In this document: in pieces, positions 14,601 through 26,883 of the stretch
How the letters are laid out: each line of letters opens with the position of its first letter
How positions within the stretch are numbered: the stretch's first letter is position 1
Origin: Vezdaea acicularis
Taxonomy: Eukaryota
Length of the DNA stretch: 64,000 nt
Direction of reading: 5' to 3'
Assembly: GCA_026025075.1 (NCBI GenBank)
Contig: JAPEUI010000034.1
Location: 62,001-126,000 of the forward strand
Notes under the pieces: generated by a model
What the model saw: the letters and a program-made list of their open reading frames with translations, nothing else
The model's database searches: none
What the model was told of the DNA's origin: nothing
Made by a program: the position numbers and the translations under genes

Positions 14601-16104
14601 CATCGCGTTCTGGAATCACAATAGGTTCACGAATGATCTGAAAAGAGTTAGACTTGGAAGTGCACGAGCCAGGCGTCGCTGGGCCAGTGTTTCCCGGCGA
14701 TCCATATCTTGGAAAGGGTGGTTCCGAATTCTGGCGGAGCCGGTGGGAAAGATTAAATATACCACCAAGACTGCTACGTCCAATGGTGGAAGTGGATGTG
14801 CGCCCAGATGCGGTTGGAGGGGGTGGCATGGTCATATCATCCCGAATACTCAGAGAGCTCATCGTGGAAGATCTGCCGCGGCGCCCTAATCTGGCAGGTG
14901 GTTGAAGGGATGGTGAAGAATTTGTTGAATGGACCGAGGTAGAGGAATCATGCCTAAGCATAGGTGACCCAGGGGCTGCAAAGTTCATTGAGGAAGCGGC
15001 TAGGGCAAGCTGGGCTGACGACTGTGTTGGTGACAGCGCACCAGGCTGCATACCTTCAACATTATCAAGTAGTGGCGCATGGGGCGGTACTCCATTGGGT
15101 GAGGGATTTGATGAGTTTGTGGATTCTCCTGTCGAAGATCTGCCGTTGCCTGTTGACTCTGTTGGCGTGATTTTGATGGGTAAAGGAAACAAGGAAGGAG
15201 GTGGCTTTTTCGCACGACGAGGTAGACGAAACACTGTGGTGGTTGTAGATATGTGGGTTGTAGTTTGGCTAGCGTAGACTTGCTCCCCCAAGCTTCCATC
15301 GGACCGAGATGACTCTGAAAGCCTAGAAGCAGGTATAGCCAGTGGTGAAATTCCATCTTCTCCGTAGGGTGGTGGAGCTGGTGGTCTCAACATTTCGTCA
15401 AATGTCACTCTACTTCCTGTCATACTCCCCCTTGTTGGCTCCAACCCATTCCCGGATCCTTGGTTTCGGCTAGATATCGATGTACGAAGGGGAGATGCTA
15501 CGCCAGGAGTAGTCGAATCTAAAGATGATTTGAGCTTCCCGGGCATTCGAAGTCTCTTATTTCTCTTCGTAGGACGCTCCATTGTGTCTGATGTTGGGGC
15601 CGTAGTTATTATAGAAGGGGCTGTTCAACAAAGTCAGCTGAGGTCCCAAGGATCTGACATAAAACGCTCCCACGTACTTGCTGGCATTGCGGGAACCGAT
15701 GGGGAGCCCATATTGGATTTCTTCACGCTGTGGCTTTTAGCCGTAGTTGACAATTGGGGATCAGAAGCGTTCCGGAATTTTCTAAGGCTAAATCGAGGTA
15801 CTGGCAGAAGGGGTTGATCTGCTGGAGCTGATGGAGCTGATGGTCGATCATCCGACGAAGAGACATCTTCTCGACTTTCCGAATCTACGGTAGTTGACTC
15901 TCTCGGAGATGTGCCTATATTCTTCTGTTGCACTCCCAGTAGCTGGTCGGACAAGGCGGAAAGGTCAGTACGCGAAGTTGTCTCACTGTTCCTGGCGGCT
16001 TCATTTGGGACTCTGGATGACTCTCGACCATTTTGCGTACCGCCGCTCAGATCCGTGTCGCTTTTCCTGGGATGCTGTCGACGAAGCAGATTCGACAAAG
16101 TCAT
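11688..16104 (-). CDS. SYT1: Sec7 + PH domain Arf guanine-nucleotide exchange factor (Syt1/Sec73-like)
   Basis: Sec7 catalytic motif LPKETQQIDRVLQGFADRY, LLILHTDVFNKNNKHKM, PH domain (SPWQEWGAILTGTQLYFF...DWLAKLNYASAFRT); two introns. Confidence 0.85.
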
Positions 16105-16847
16105 CGCCGAAAGCGAACAAAATTCGATCGCGCATAGAGAACGCTGATGAGTTTGACGGAAAGCAAGCTTGAGGCTGAGGCTGGAACGCTTCAGGTATGT
16201 TCGTGCTCGTATCTTAGGCAGAGGGACCAGCTCTAGCCAAGTCGGGGCTGAGGATATACGAATAGGAGCATAAACGCGGACGAAGATCAAGCCGTGTAGA
16301 AACGAATGACGGATGATCGCATGGGAGAAGGAGAAGGGAAAAGATACAAGTTCGAGCTCCCAATGGCCTCGTCGACGAGCTCAAGAGAAATTCTCAGGCA
16401 GATCTTCCGTCAGAAGGGTTCAGACGGTCACGATTAGCGCACGATGGCGGCGGCGGCGGCGGTGGTGTGGGTATGCGGGCAGGCGCGCAGCTGCACAGGG
16501 TGGGCTGAAGTTTGCTTCCCCGTGACGACAGTTTGCGACCGTATCCAGGCATTTGCTGTATCTCCTATGTATCCACATTGCTACGTACGCAGACTGCAAA
16601 GCTGAATTGACTGAAAATCAGCCCGTCCTTCCATCACCTTTACAAAATTGCTATGGTTTGAGCACTGGTCGGGTTCACCCGACGACATAGCGTGGCATTC
16701 ACTCGGCGGTTCATATCGCGACGGTGGCACTATCCCTGATCTGATAACGCCAGGCAGCCATCGTTCCTGATAGTCTCTTTACTTGCGACGTTGTCTCAAC
16801 CTTTTCGACCTACACCGTACCTGGCGTCAAGTGCTCCAAGAGCAAAC

Positions 16848-18703
16848 ATGTATTGGAGCCACGTTCCTTCCTTCTTGATTTTCTTATTGTTTGTCATCCA
16901 CCTATCTTCTCCTACTTTATGCTCGACTTTGCCATCATCAGCGTCACACAGGCGACCGTCCGCTGTACCGTTTCCATCCCGCATCCGTCAAGCAACAGAG
17001 GCATCGCGGAGACCATGGACACGACTGCGCGACAGAGTGATTCAATATATATTCAGTGTGACTCCAATTGGATATACAGCTACCGCTGGGGATAAGAGGG
17101 TACACAGCAAAGAAAGCTCATCTGTCGGGAGAGTTCCTGCCAATCTTCTCGCCCGTTATGGTGGAGACGTGGTATTGAGGTTCAACATCACGACTGTTGC
17201 TGAGGCAAAAGCGCTGGCCCAGGCAACTAATGATCTCTTCTTAGATGTCTGGGAGTTCAATGATGGATGGGTCGATATCCGGTTGGCTAAAGACGTTGTA
17301 TGTCCATCCCGGGTATGCAAACAGCTGGTTGCTGGAACTGACGATGCTCGTCTTAGATACCATCCCTCCTTGCACTCCTCCCCGCCTCCCTCAATGATGC
17401 TCACACACCTCTCATGCACGATCTTGCACAGTCGATCTTCGAATCATATCCTTCCACAGCATTGAACCTTAAGGGTTCCTCTGCCTCGCAAGAACGTCAT
17501 GCGTTCAGCCCTGCGTTACGTACCACAACCGAAAACCTCTTCTTCAGAGACTACCAACCCTTATCTGTCATAATTCCCTGGCATCGCCTGCTTGCTTCCC
17601 TATTTCCTACTCATGTCCGTATGTTCAATATTGGCACCTCCTACGAAGCTCGTGGTATACCCGCCCTTCGCGTTGGTGTGCGCCCTTCTACTACGCAGGA
17701 CTCTTCACCTTCAAAGCGGAAGACTATAGTAATCAGCGGTGGCTCTCACGCCCGTGAATGGATTAGTACGAGTTCTGTAAACTATGTTGCGTACTCATTG
17801 ATTACCCTTTACGGCAAGTCCCCTGAAATAACGAAACTTGTGGAGTCTTTTGACTGGGTTTTCGTTCCTACCCTCAACGTGGACGGTTACGTATACACAT
17901 GGGAGACCGACCGCTTGTGGCGCAAGAATAGACAGCAGACTTTTCTCCGATTTTGTCAAGGCGTTGATCTCGATCGCAGCTGGGGCTTCGAATGGGACGG
18001 AGATATCAAAGGGGGGAATCCGTGCTCCGAGAGCTTCCCTGGTGACGGACCATTTGAAGCCGTCGAGAGTCGTCGTTTTGCAGAATGGGCAAAGAATGAG
18101 ACATCGTCCGGGGCAGCGGAATTTATCGGTTTCTTAGACCTGCACAGCTATTCACAGCAGGTCTTATATCCTTACAGCTTCTCTTGCGCGCAAGCTCCTC
18201 CCAGTCTAGAGAATTTGCAGGAGTGTGCAATAGGCCTAGCAAAGGCGATCAGACTAAGAAGTGGGGAAGTGTACGGCGTCTCTAGCGCGTGTGAAGGGAG
18301 CGTTGCGCCTGTCGATTCCATGGACAAGGAGAAGGATAAGAGGGCGTTCACGCGCATGGAGCGTGGAGGAGGTAGCGCGCTTGACTGGTTCTACCATGAG
18401 ATGAACGTCAAATATGCCTTTCAGATCAAGCTGAGGGACACGGGGAGCTATGGTTTCTTACTACCAAAAGATAACATCATCCCAACAGGTGAAGAGGCTT
18501 TCGGGGCGGTCGCTTACTTTGGCAAGTTCCTGTTGGGGAACAAGGGTATCGAACGGAAGGACGAAGACGAAATCTCGCCAGTTGAGAGTTCGATCATAGC
18601 GGAAAATCCTGACATATCTAAGGACTCCGAAAATAACCGTGGACCGGAGCACGAAGTTTGGGACTCGAGGGATTGGGAATTAAGGCGGCGGCGGAGGCGT
18701 TGA
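16848..18703 (+). CDS. ECM14: Ecm14 M14-family metallocarboxypeptidase (pseudopeptidase), with signal peptide and prodomain
   Basis: Hydrophobic N-terminus; HAREW and LHSY zinc ligands; catalytic Glu position replaced by Lys (FQIKLRD), as known for Ecm14; intron at about 17298-17356. Confidence 0.92.
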
Positions 18704-18963
18704 GGCCTCATGTCATTTTTGTGGATGGCGTTCTGTTCAATTTAGCGTTCGATTTGTTTAACAAGACAACACATAAACCAAAGGTCTACTCGGTATGGAC
18801 AACAGTCCGACCAAAGTCACAAGTCTGCATGTCGCGGGCAATATATAAAAACTCTACATTTAGCCCAGCTTCAAAATACTACCAAGGTATCATACAGTTG
18901 GGCCTCACAATAATCTACATATTTTCATCACCCTTTCCGTACATCACCTTCTTTTCGGGCAGA

Positions 18964-20214
18964 TCATTCCTCGAACTTGCCGCCTTGAATAGTCGCCTTG
19001 GCTGCTTCAAGCTTTTCTTTTAGGAATTCATAGACAGTGAAAGTGATCGCCTGGCCCGGGGCAACGCGCATGACTCGGGGTGTGATACCTTTGTAGAAGG
19101 CCTTGGCACCCTCTTGCTTGAACATGTTTTTTGCAATATTGACAACGCGGGTCAGAGCGGTTTCTCCAGGCTCCGCAGGAGTTCTTTGAAGCCGGGTTTC
19201 TATACGAGTCAACGAAATCATCGCCAAATTATCTAGAAGATACGTACTTATTGTGTCTATTGGGGCGTTTGACAGTGGTCCCATCGCTCCTGAAATCAAT
19301 CCACAGACCATTGTCTGATACGCTGGCAGTTCCTTATCATGATATAGGGGTTGGAAATTCTGTAAAGCCGCTTTAAACTCAGTGTACGCATAGAAGTTGA
19401 CGGCCTGGTTCGAGCCCTGCCGCAGTGCTGTAAGTGATACGCCCCGATATAGCGCACCTATACCTTCTTCCTTTACAACTGTGTAGGCTGCGTGTGCCGC
19501 GTTCCTATATTTTGGTATGTCGAGGGGGTCCGACATGGAATGAAATTGGGCTTGTAACCGAATTTTGACGACTTCCATGGGAGTCACTACTGCAACTGCC
19601 TCTGTTACGCCTGCTGCGAGCCCCGCTATATTGAGTTGAATTAGCACGCTCTCATAGGTGTGGATTCCCTCTCAAGGCCAGATTCCAGCTCACCGAGGAA
19701 TGTTGCGCGTCCGCTTACGTTTCCATCCTTATCCGCACCTAGACCCTTATACCATTCAAACGAAGTAAATCGAATAGCCATCTTAGGTACAATCCCGGTC
19801 GTGACAGCACCTAGGCCTTTATACAGGGCTAACGGTGTCTCCTTCCTCGATATTTCAAGGCCTGTGTCTATGAAACCCCTTTTTTTGGTCTGCGCTTTTG
19901 TCAGGGGGTGGAACTAGTAGGACGGCTCTCGAACTAACCCCAGGCGCTCTCCCTCGCCGCGAAAGCTGCATTCGAACTTTGATTGTATCTTTGGGCTCGT
20001 CAGTATGCTGGATTACGATGTTACGAAAAGGTAGTTCACCTAAGGGATGGCACGCCAGGGCTTCCATCATGCCAGCTCCACCACCAGCTATCAATGACGT
20101 TTGTCAGAAGCGTATATGCCGATCAAGATCTGAGGATTAACTCATACCGATGAGATTGGTGGCAGCGGAAGCGGGCTTCTTGCCACCAGGACCTGCAACA
20201 GTCTTCGCCGACAT
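18964..20214 (-). CDS. SFC1: Mitochondrial succinate-fumarate carrier (Sfc1/AcuL)
   Basis: Three Px[DE]xx[KR] repeats (HPLDTIKVRMQ, TPMEVVKIRLQ, APIDTIKTRLQ), TALRQGSNQA, RVMRVAPGQA; several introns. Confidence 0.92.
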
Positions 20215-20945
20215 TGCAGCTCCAGTGACAAGCAGGAAGGGTGCTACGGCAGCTCGGTGCGGATACAAGCCTTGGCGACACAACCAAAGGATTGTACTGA
20301 AAATTACTTCAAAGTGGCTTTGTGAAGGGTGTGTTCGCAAAGCGTCAAGTCGTGGATTGGATTAGGACAGCGCAACGATAGGCTTTATACATGGACAGTT
20401 AGAACAGAAACTATCGACTGATCACGAGCCTGGCCGGGTGAGAGACAACTGCGGAAGCTACCGCTAGAAAGAGTGCCCTTGCTAAGGATCACAGTCGTGA
20501 AGAACATTGTCATAGGGTCTGTGGGATGGCTTCTGCCTTTCTTTCTAATGGCCAACGGAACCAATATCTGCTCAGGAATGCAGTTTGGAAGGGACGTCGG
20601 CCAAAGTCCGCTCGAAACACTTCACACTCAATGTATGGCCACATTCCTTGCGCATGTGGCTGCGGCTCGAAGAAGTAGAATTTCACAGTTTGACCAGTCA
20701 AATGATCGTGCGGCAGGTTAGAATGGCAATGGTCGTCCCTTGAGCTTGTGATACTGACGCATGTGAAGTCAGGGGTGCCCTCGCTTCCCCAGTTTTGTGG
20801 GGCAGAGCCGAGGTCAAACCAGCCAGCCCTCTAATTGGACATGTGCACTGGGCGGTGAGCGTGGAGGTCTCTATGCTAGCGCTTCTTGCAAGTTCGCCCC
20901 GGAATTCCTAGCAAACACCAATGCCGGCATCAAAACAATTCCCTA

Positions 20946-22178
20946 TCATCGTTTCCCCGGTCGCTTGGGTCTGGAGAATGCAACCTTCTCCTCCTTCTTC
21001 GGGTGAAACTCTTCTCCTATCGTGGATGCTGTGATCTCCACCGGATTCGACGCTTCGATCTTGAAGTTGTAGATCTATTAGTGACGAGGCTCGATGAGCT
21101 TTAGGAGCCGTTATATACCTTCTTAGCAACCTCAAGTCCCGCCTCCCTTTCGACGATTCTCGTGATGCCTAAACGTGATGTAGCGTATATCATCCGCTCT
21201 TTCACCTTAGACTCTGTCGGGCAGGTATAAATGAAGACGATCGGGACCTCCTCCTTGCCCTCGACTTTATACTGATATCTAAAGAATGAGTAACGGGGCT
21301 CCTTGTCGGATACAGCATCGGCGAAGCCCTCTGGGGCTATCGTGCTCTTTCCGAGGTATTCAATGGTCTCTCGAGGAACGTCGATACGCTGGGAAGTAAT
21401 CAGCCCACAATGCACTCTGAGCTCTTACGCATTCTGGAAATACCCACCAATTGCACCAGATTGTACGAGCCACCCTGAAGGCCCCGCAAGGCATCTAAAG
21501 CTTCGGCTGATATTGGAAAATTGATGCCGCTCTCTATATGGCTTGACCTCGCCATCGTCCCGAGACTTGCCTCAGCCTCTGCCGCCTTGACGTTTTGTAA
21601 GGTTTGCTCTTCTTCTGTGAGTGGGGCTTTCCTGGCGACATGCTTTAGTCAGCCTCTCGGAAACTCGGTCACAAACGTTATGGTGAGCAAGGCAAACTTA
21701 CTGAGCACCATGGGCGTCATGTTTGGTAAACCCTTCAGCTGTCAATTCTACCTTCGTAGTGGCGAACAAAGTCTCTCTAAATCTTTCTGTCCCAAGTTCT
21801 CGAGCCAACGTCAATCTAGTGGATGCAAAGAGCATCTTTGATCGTACATTCGCCGTGTCTGGAACGTAGGTGACGATGACAAACCCATCAGGAGTGTTGG
21901 GGTATCGCCGCAAGATAATATAGGCAGCCTCGTTTTCCTTTAGTAGCGATGCAAGTTGTGTGAGATCCTCAGAGAAATCAGGGGAGGTGGATGGGATTAT
22001 CTGAAGAGGTTCAAGCCTTTCATCCTTGATTCCAACGATCACTCCGCGCTGGGAGGGGGATGACACTAATTCATTGAACGCTTTATGAAGCTCCTGTGAG
22101 GCTGTCCATACAACATTTCATGAGCTTTAATGTCCAACGTTTCACGTGAGATAACCGACCTGATATGCCAGACTGCAT
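20946..22178 (-). CDS. TWF1: Twinfilin (two ADF-H domains)
   Basis: Starts MQSGIS; VTYVPDTANVRSKMLFASTR, FIYTCPTESKVKERMIYA; C-terminal FSRPKRPGKR tail; multiple introns. Confidence 0.92.
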
Positions 22179-22354
22179 TATGACTCCACAAATACTTTAA
22201 TGTAATGCTACAGCTACTAAGGCCTGCTGTGAGTTTGCGCTGACCTTGCCGTACGACCTTTGGTGGGGCAGTCGTTTAGCGATTGAAAAGTTACCATCCA
22301 AATTAGAGCTTTCCTTTCATGTGAATCTTCAAGTCCAGCTCACAGTCAGTCTCA

Positions 22355-22924
22355 ATGGCCTCCAATTCATTTGAACCCAAAGCCCTTGCGGCTGCTATTA
22401 TGGATGCCCCTAGACCGACTTCCAATGCCCTGCTAGGTACCTAATACCCAACACAAGTTTCATGCAGAAGGCACTAACTAGGGAGGATCAGAGCGGGCGA
22501 CTGTATCAATCGGCCAATTGCTGAATCGATTTGAGAATATTATCGCGCTCGCACCGGTATGAATGTATAGTGACCATCTTTCCTCTCAGTCTAACGACTT
22601 TACGGGCTTAGATGAAGCCAAATGCGCGAAATACAACGGCGGTTGAGACCTATGAACTTGAAGTTGAAGCTGCGGCGTTAGTGAGTTCATTCGCACTATT
22701 TTGAGTCTATTGGTTGAAACAGGCTGATACCTTGGTTCCATTAGGTTCGAGCAGGGGAAGATCTTCTATCACTCACGAGAAGTTTAAAGGAAGCCTGGCT
22801 GTTTGGCGAGCTGAGGAAGATTGGGGAAGGTGTAGGTACCACTGAAAAGTCCAAGTTAAACGAGGACATTAGAGTAGTTGAAGAGCTCGCCCTCAAAGCT
22901 ATGAGGAGAGAAGAGAGATCATGA
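22355..22924 (+). CDS. MED22: Mediator complex subunit Med22/Srb6 (4 exons; missed by the ORF track)
   Basis: Manual splice: ...MDAPRPTSNALL|ERATVSIGQLLNRFENIIALAP|MKPNARNTTAVETYELEVEAAAL|VRAGEDLLSLTRSLKEAWLFGEL...; introns with GT, CTRAY branch and AG; start may be 22355 or 22400. Confidence 0.85.
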
Positions 22925-23087
22925 CGACTTAGACCGGTTCCTGCATGCAGACATATGTGACGGAGTTTAGAGGAATACCCTAGGTCATAATCAACACAGA
23001 TCACGCCGATGATTTCTATGAATAGACTCATAAGCTTTGAATGTTCAATTCCTTTCATGATGTAGTCATACAGGCGTCAAATGATGC

Positions 23088-24014
23088 ATGTTCCTCGACA
23101 TCTGGGTCATCAGACAAGTTCTCATCGGTACGGCCAGGCCATTAGTTTTCCTAGCCAGACTTCATCTCCCAACTGCTCTCCAATCATCACGTCCCGCCCC
23201 GTCGTCTCTTCCCAACATGGCAGCTTCTCATTCTTCTTCAATACCTTTGACCATAATAGTTGCCAGTACCCTTCAAATGGGCATTGGGCGTGGATCAAAT
23301 CTCCCTTGGCCCTTGCTTCGAAAGGAGATGGCGCATTTCGCACGTACGACCAAGCTGACCCCTTCTGAACCCTATCGCCAGGTTGCCTCTCACACTTCAC
23401 GGAAAATTGAAGTCAGAAATGCGGTCATAATGGGAAGAAAGACCTGGGAGAGCATTCCTCCCAAATTTCGACCGTTGAAAGGACGGATCAATGTTGTGAT
23501 CACCCATAACGTCAACAAATTAGAGCGCGAGATAGACAAGCACGGTGACCAAGATGATAAGGTAATCATAGTTGGAGGGCTAGAAGAGGCTTTAAAGGCC
23601 TTATGGAGCCTTGACAACGACTTGGACAACACGGGATTGGGCGAGGGAGGCATGGATGGTGCCAAAAGCTCGAAATCTCAGCACCAGGGTACAGAGACTG
23701 GAGAGCCTGAAAGGTCCCAAGAGCTCGGGCGCGTTTCCAAGTTTGGGCTGGGTCATGTTTTCGTAATCGGTGGTGCCTCTATCTACGACCTTGCGCTTCA
23801 ATTGCCTCAAACTCGTTCCATTCTCTGGACTCGCGTCCTAACTCCTTTTGACTGCGATACCTTCTTCCCGATCAACCTCGAGAACCCTGCAGAGAGTGAG
23901 TGGGAATCACAAAATTCGGATCAATTGGAGTCATGGCTCGGAAGAAAGCCTCCGTCTGGAATTCAAACAGAGGAGGGGGTTAGCTATGAATTTCACCTCC
24001 TGAGCAAGGCTTAG
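23088..24014 (+). CDS. DFR1: Dihydrofolate reductase
   Basis: IIVAST..MGIGRGSNLPW, EMAHF, NAVIMGRKTWESIPPKFRPLKGRINVVI, FVIGGASIY, CDTFFP; second ATG at 23217. Confidence 0.95.
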   Translation: MFLDIWVIRQVLIGTARPLVFLARLHLPTALQSSRPAPSSLPNMAASHSSSIPLTIIVASTLQMGIGRGSNLPWPLLRKEMAHFARTTKLTPSEPYRQVASHTSRKIEVRNAVIMGRKTWESIPPKFRPLKGRINVVITHNVNKLEREIDKHGDQDDKVIIVGGLEEALKALWSLDNDLDNTGLGEGGMDGAKSSKSQHQGTETGEPERSQELGRVSKFGLGHVFVIGGASIYDLALQLPQTRSILWTRVLTPFDCDTFFPINLENPAESEWESQNSDQLESWLGRKPPSGIQTEEGVSYEFHLLSKA

Positions 24015-24835
24015 GTTGTATTCCAAGCTGGCAGCGTTTCTAAAGAATCACAGTGATTGATGGAATCTAAGTCCAGGCCGTTCGCCTCCCTCAATGAGTG
24101 CTATCACAGGTTTAAGTGCCATGATAGAACATGTCTGACTAGCATGTCTACGCACCTAAGGTTGCTATAGTAATCAACCCACCTTGGCAAGAGGTTCCTC
24201 TGAAGATCGTCAAGTATTGCGCTTCGTTTCGTGTGGGCATGATACCTCCTTCTCCGTAAGACCGTATTCATAACTCCCATCATCTATACCGGGACGACGA
24301 TGTGAGAGGAATAGGCTCGGGTTCGAGCTACTCCAGAAGCAGGGTATGCTGATGTTGATAATTGAGCTTTAGGATTATATAGGATTGGATGAGAAAGGGC
24401 GATGGAGATGTCATGGACACATTTCAAAGGATGAGAATGGGCAGGACACATCCATTCTGGGTTAAATTTTGTGATGGTGAGATGCAGCGAAATCAAACAA
24501 GCACAGCTCGCTAGAATAGCCTCACACCTGACGCCAGTGTCTGACGAAATCCTTTTCATCTGACCGAACGGAGAACTATGTCAGCCTATGGGTGAAAGCA
24601 CTAGGCGCGAATGATGCGGCTGTCTAGAAACTGGTGGCCGGCATAGTATTGACATAGCGATCGCTAGGACCTTATGGCTTCATCACGTCGGACTCGTCAG
24701 TCTATGTTCTGGATGGAAAGAGAAGATCTCCAAGAATGTGAATCTATGACTGACTTAGGTCAGCAATAGTGTTGGCCAAGGAGAGGAATGGCATGCATAC
24801 CTGAAGTGCGCTTGGACTATTAAAACAAGAGAATC

Positions 24836-25557
24836 TCATAGAATTACACATTTGGACCTGCTCTTCTTTCCCTTCGGGGGCGGTTCTAGGGCTGCGACAA
24901 TAGCCTACAAGCAGTTAGCATGATGTGTAGAAATAAAATCAAAGTTGATTTCACGTACTTCGTCAAAGACATCTTTCAGTTTGTATTGAGTCAGAGCGCT
25001 ACACTCCACGTACTTCACGGCCCCCAAGTCCTTTGCCATCCTCTCCCCATCTTCCTTCTTCACTGGCGACATCCGCTGTTTACCTAACTTTTCCTTGACC
25101 GAAGGATCTTCTCGGAGATCCGTTTGAGTGCCAACGATGAGACAGGGGACACCGGGGCAGTGATGATGAACTTCGGGAAACCATTTCTCCCTGACGTTCT
25201 CGAACGAAGCAGGCGAAGTGACTGAGAAGCAGACAAGAAAGACATCGGTTTGAGGGTAGGATAGCGGCCTAAGGCGATCGTAATCCTCTTGACCAGCAGT
25301 ATCGAAAAGGCCGAGCGTATACGGCTCATCTCCAATCATGACGGTGACCGCATAGTTGTCAAAGACCGTCGGTACATATTCCGAAGGGAACTTATTGGTG
25401 GTGTAGCTGATCAGAAGACATGTCTTCCCAACAGCACCATCACCGACCACAACGCATCTAGAGAAGCACATTAGCAGCTGAGTACGGCGGCATAACCCAA
25501 ATAGAATTTATATAGCGTCTCTGAGCTTATCACACACTTTATAGTAGCCACAACCAT
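24836..25557 (-). CDS. CDC42: Rho-family GTPase Cdc42
   Basis: [40 protein letters not shown] (Cdc42-type G4), C-terminal CAAX CVIL; two introns. Confidence 0.97.
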
Positions 25558-26883
25558 AGCCAAAGTTCAACGTTCAAGCTCCGTAACGATAAAAGGGATA
25601 TGTTGGGAGTACGTTGGCTTTCAATCAGGCTTGAAACCACTATGAATCCGAGTGAGTCGGTCAGCAAGAAATAGATAGCTTTGCGGTCAATGAACGCTGG
25701 GATAGAAGTGTGGCTGAAAGTGACATGCGGAGTTTCAAGCTTCCGTACAGATTTTGAAAGCTTAGAAGTACGCTGCAACGGGACGATATGTGCGCCGCGT
25801 TCACTGGTAAATAAAATCAAGTCGACTGGGTTATAAGAGGAGTGCAATCAAGAGCGGGGACAGTATTGCAGATGAGAAAAGTGACCTTACAGTTCAGGAC
25901 CTGAAAGAGTGACAAACGTTCACCGAAGGCAGCAAAGGGGAGATGCGACGCGCAGTAACGCTTGTCCCAGCTTCTGCAACAACCACAGGCCAGAGGGTCC
26001 AAGGAGTCAAAGAAGGAAGAGCGCAAGGTCAGAATTGAGTGGCAGCGCGCGTGAGGCGGTCAGCGAGATGATGGAAGGAAGTGATACTGTCGCGGTTCAG
26101 TGTAAGCGCCTGGATGTGTGGGGAGCCGGTCAGTCGATGGTGGAGCTCGAACGTGATTGAGGTGGATGCTCGATGGAGTCGGCGATTTATCTGAAGCGCG
26201 AGTCGAGGGACGAATAAGGAGGCACAATTGGCGGTGCTTGAGCTCGTTAGGCCCGTCCATGCGCGGCAGCGAAAAGAGTCGCTGACGCCCCCAAGCCAAG
26301 ATGCCCGTTTGGGGGACGGCCTGGCCTGCCAAGCGGGCGGCATTAGGGCGTGCGTATATCTCAGCATCCCCGGGACGCCGCTATACCGTGATACCACTGC
26401 ACGTACAAGTACTGATGCACGGGTACGAGGACAAGCACAAACATCATCATTCGTTCGTGGCCGTCCAGATTCGTATACTTTCACGTAGCTGCGAACACAT
26501 CTCTTTGCGGACTTACGGTGGTCGATTTACCAGGAATCTTCATCTGTGGTCTGCCAGGTATTGGTACGACTTTTTGGAACCCGAGCAAAGGATTTCATAT
26601 ATCAGGGTTACATATATCAAGACTGTTAACGATCGGACATGATCTCATTTCCAACGCGGGTCTCTTGAAGCAAAGCTTCTGAAGTTTAAGGAGATTCCTG
26701 CTTGACATTATCTCAGCCGTGTACCATCCCAGCAGATCAGTTTTGCTTCATCATGATCATCCGCTCCCGCCATTGATTTACTTACATAAATCTTCCGAGT
26801 CCGCCATCCACCAAAATAATAGCTGTTTCCTCTTTTCAGATTCTGCCCGTCTATTTCTGGCCTCACCCACCATCTGAGCGAAC

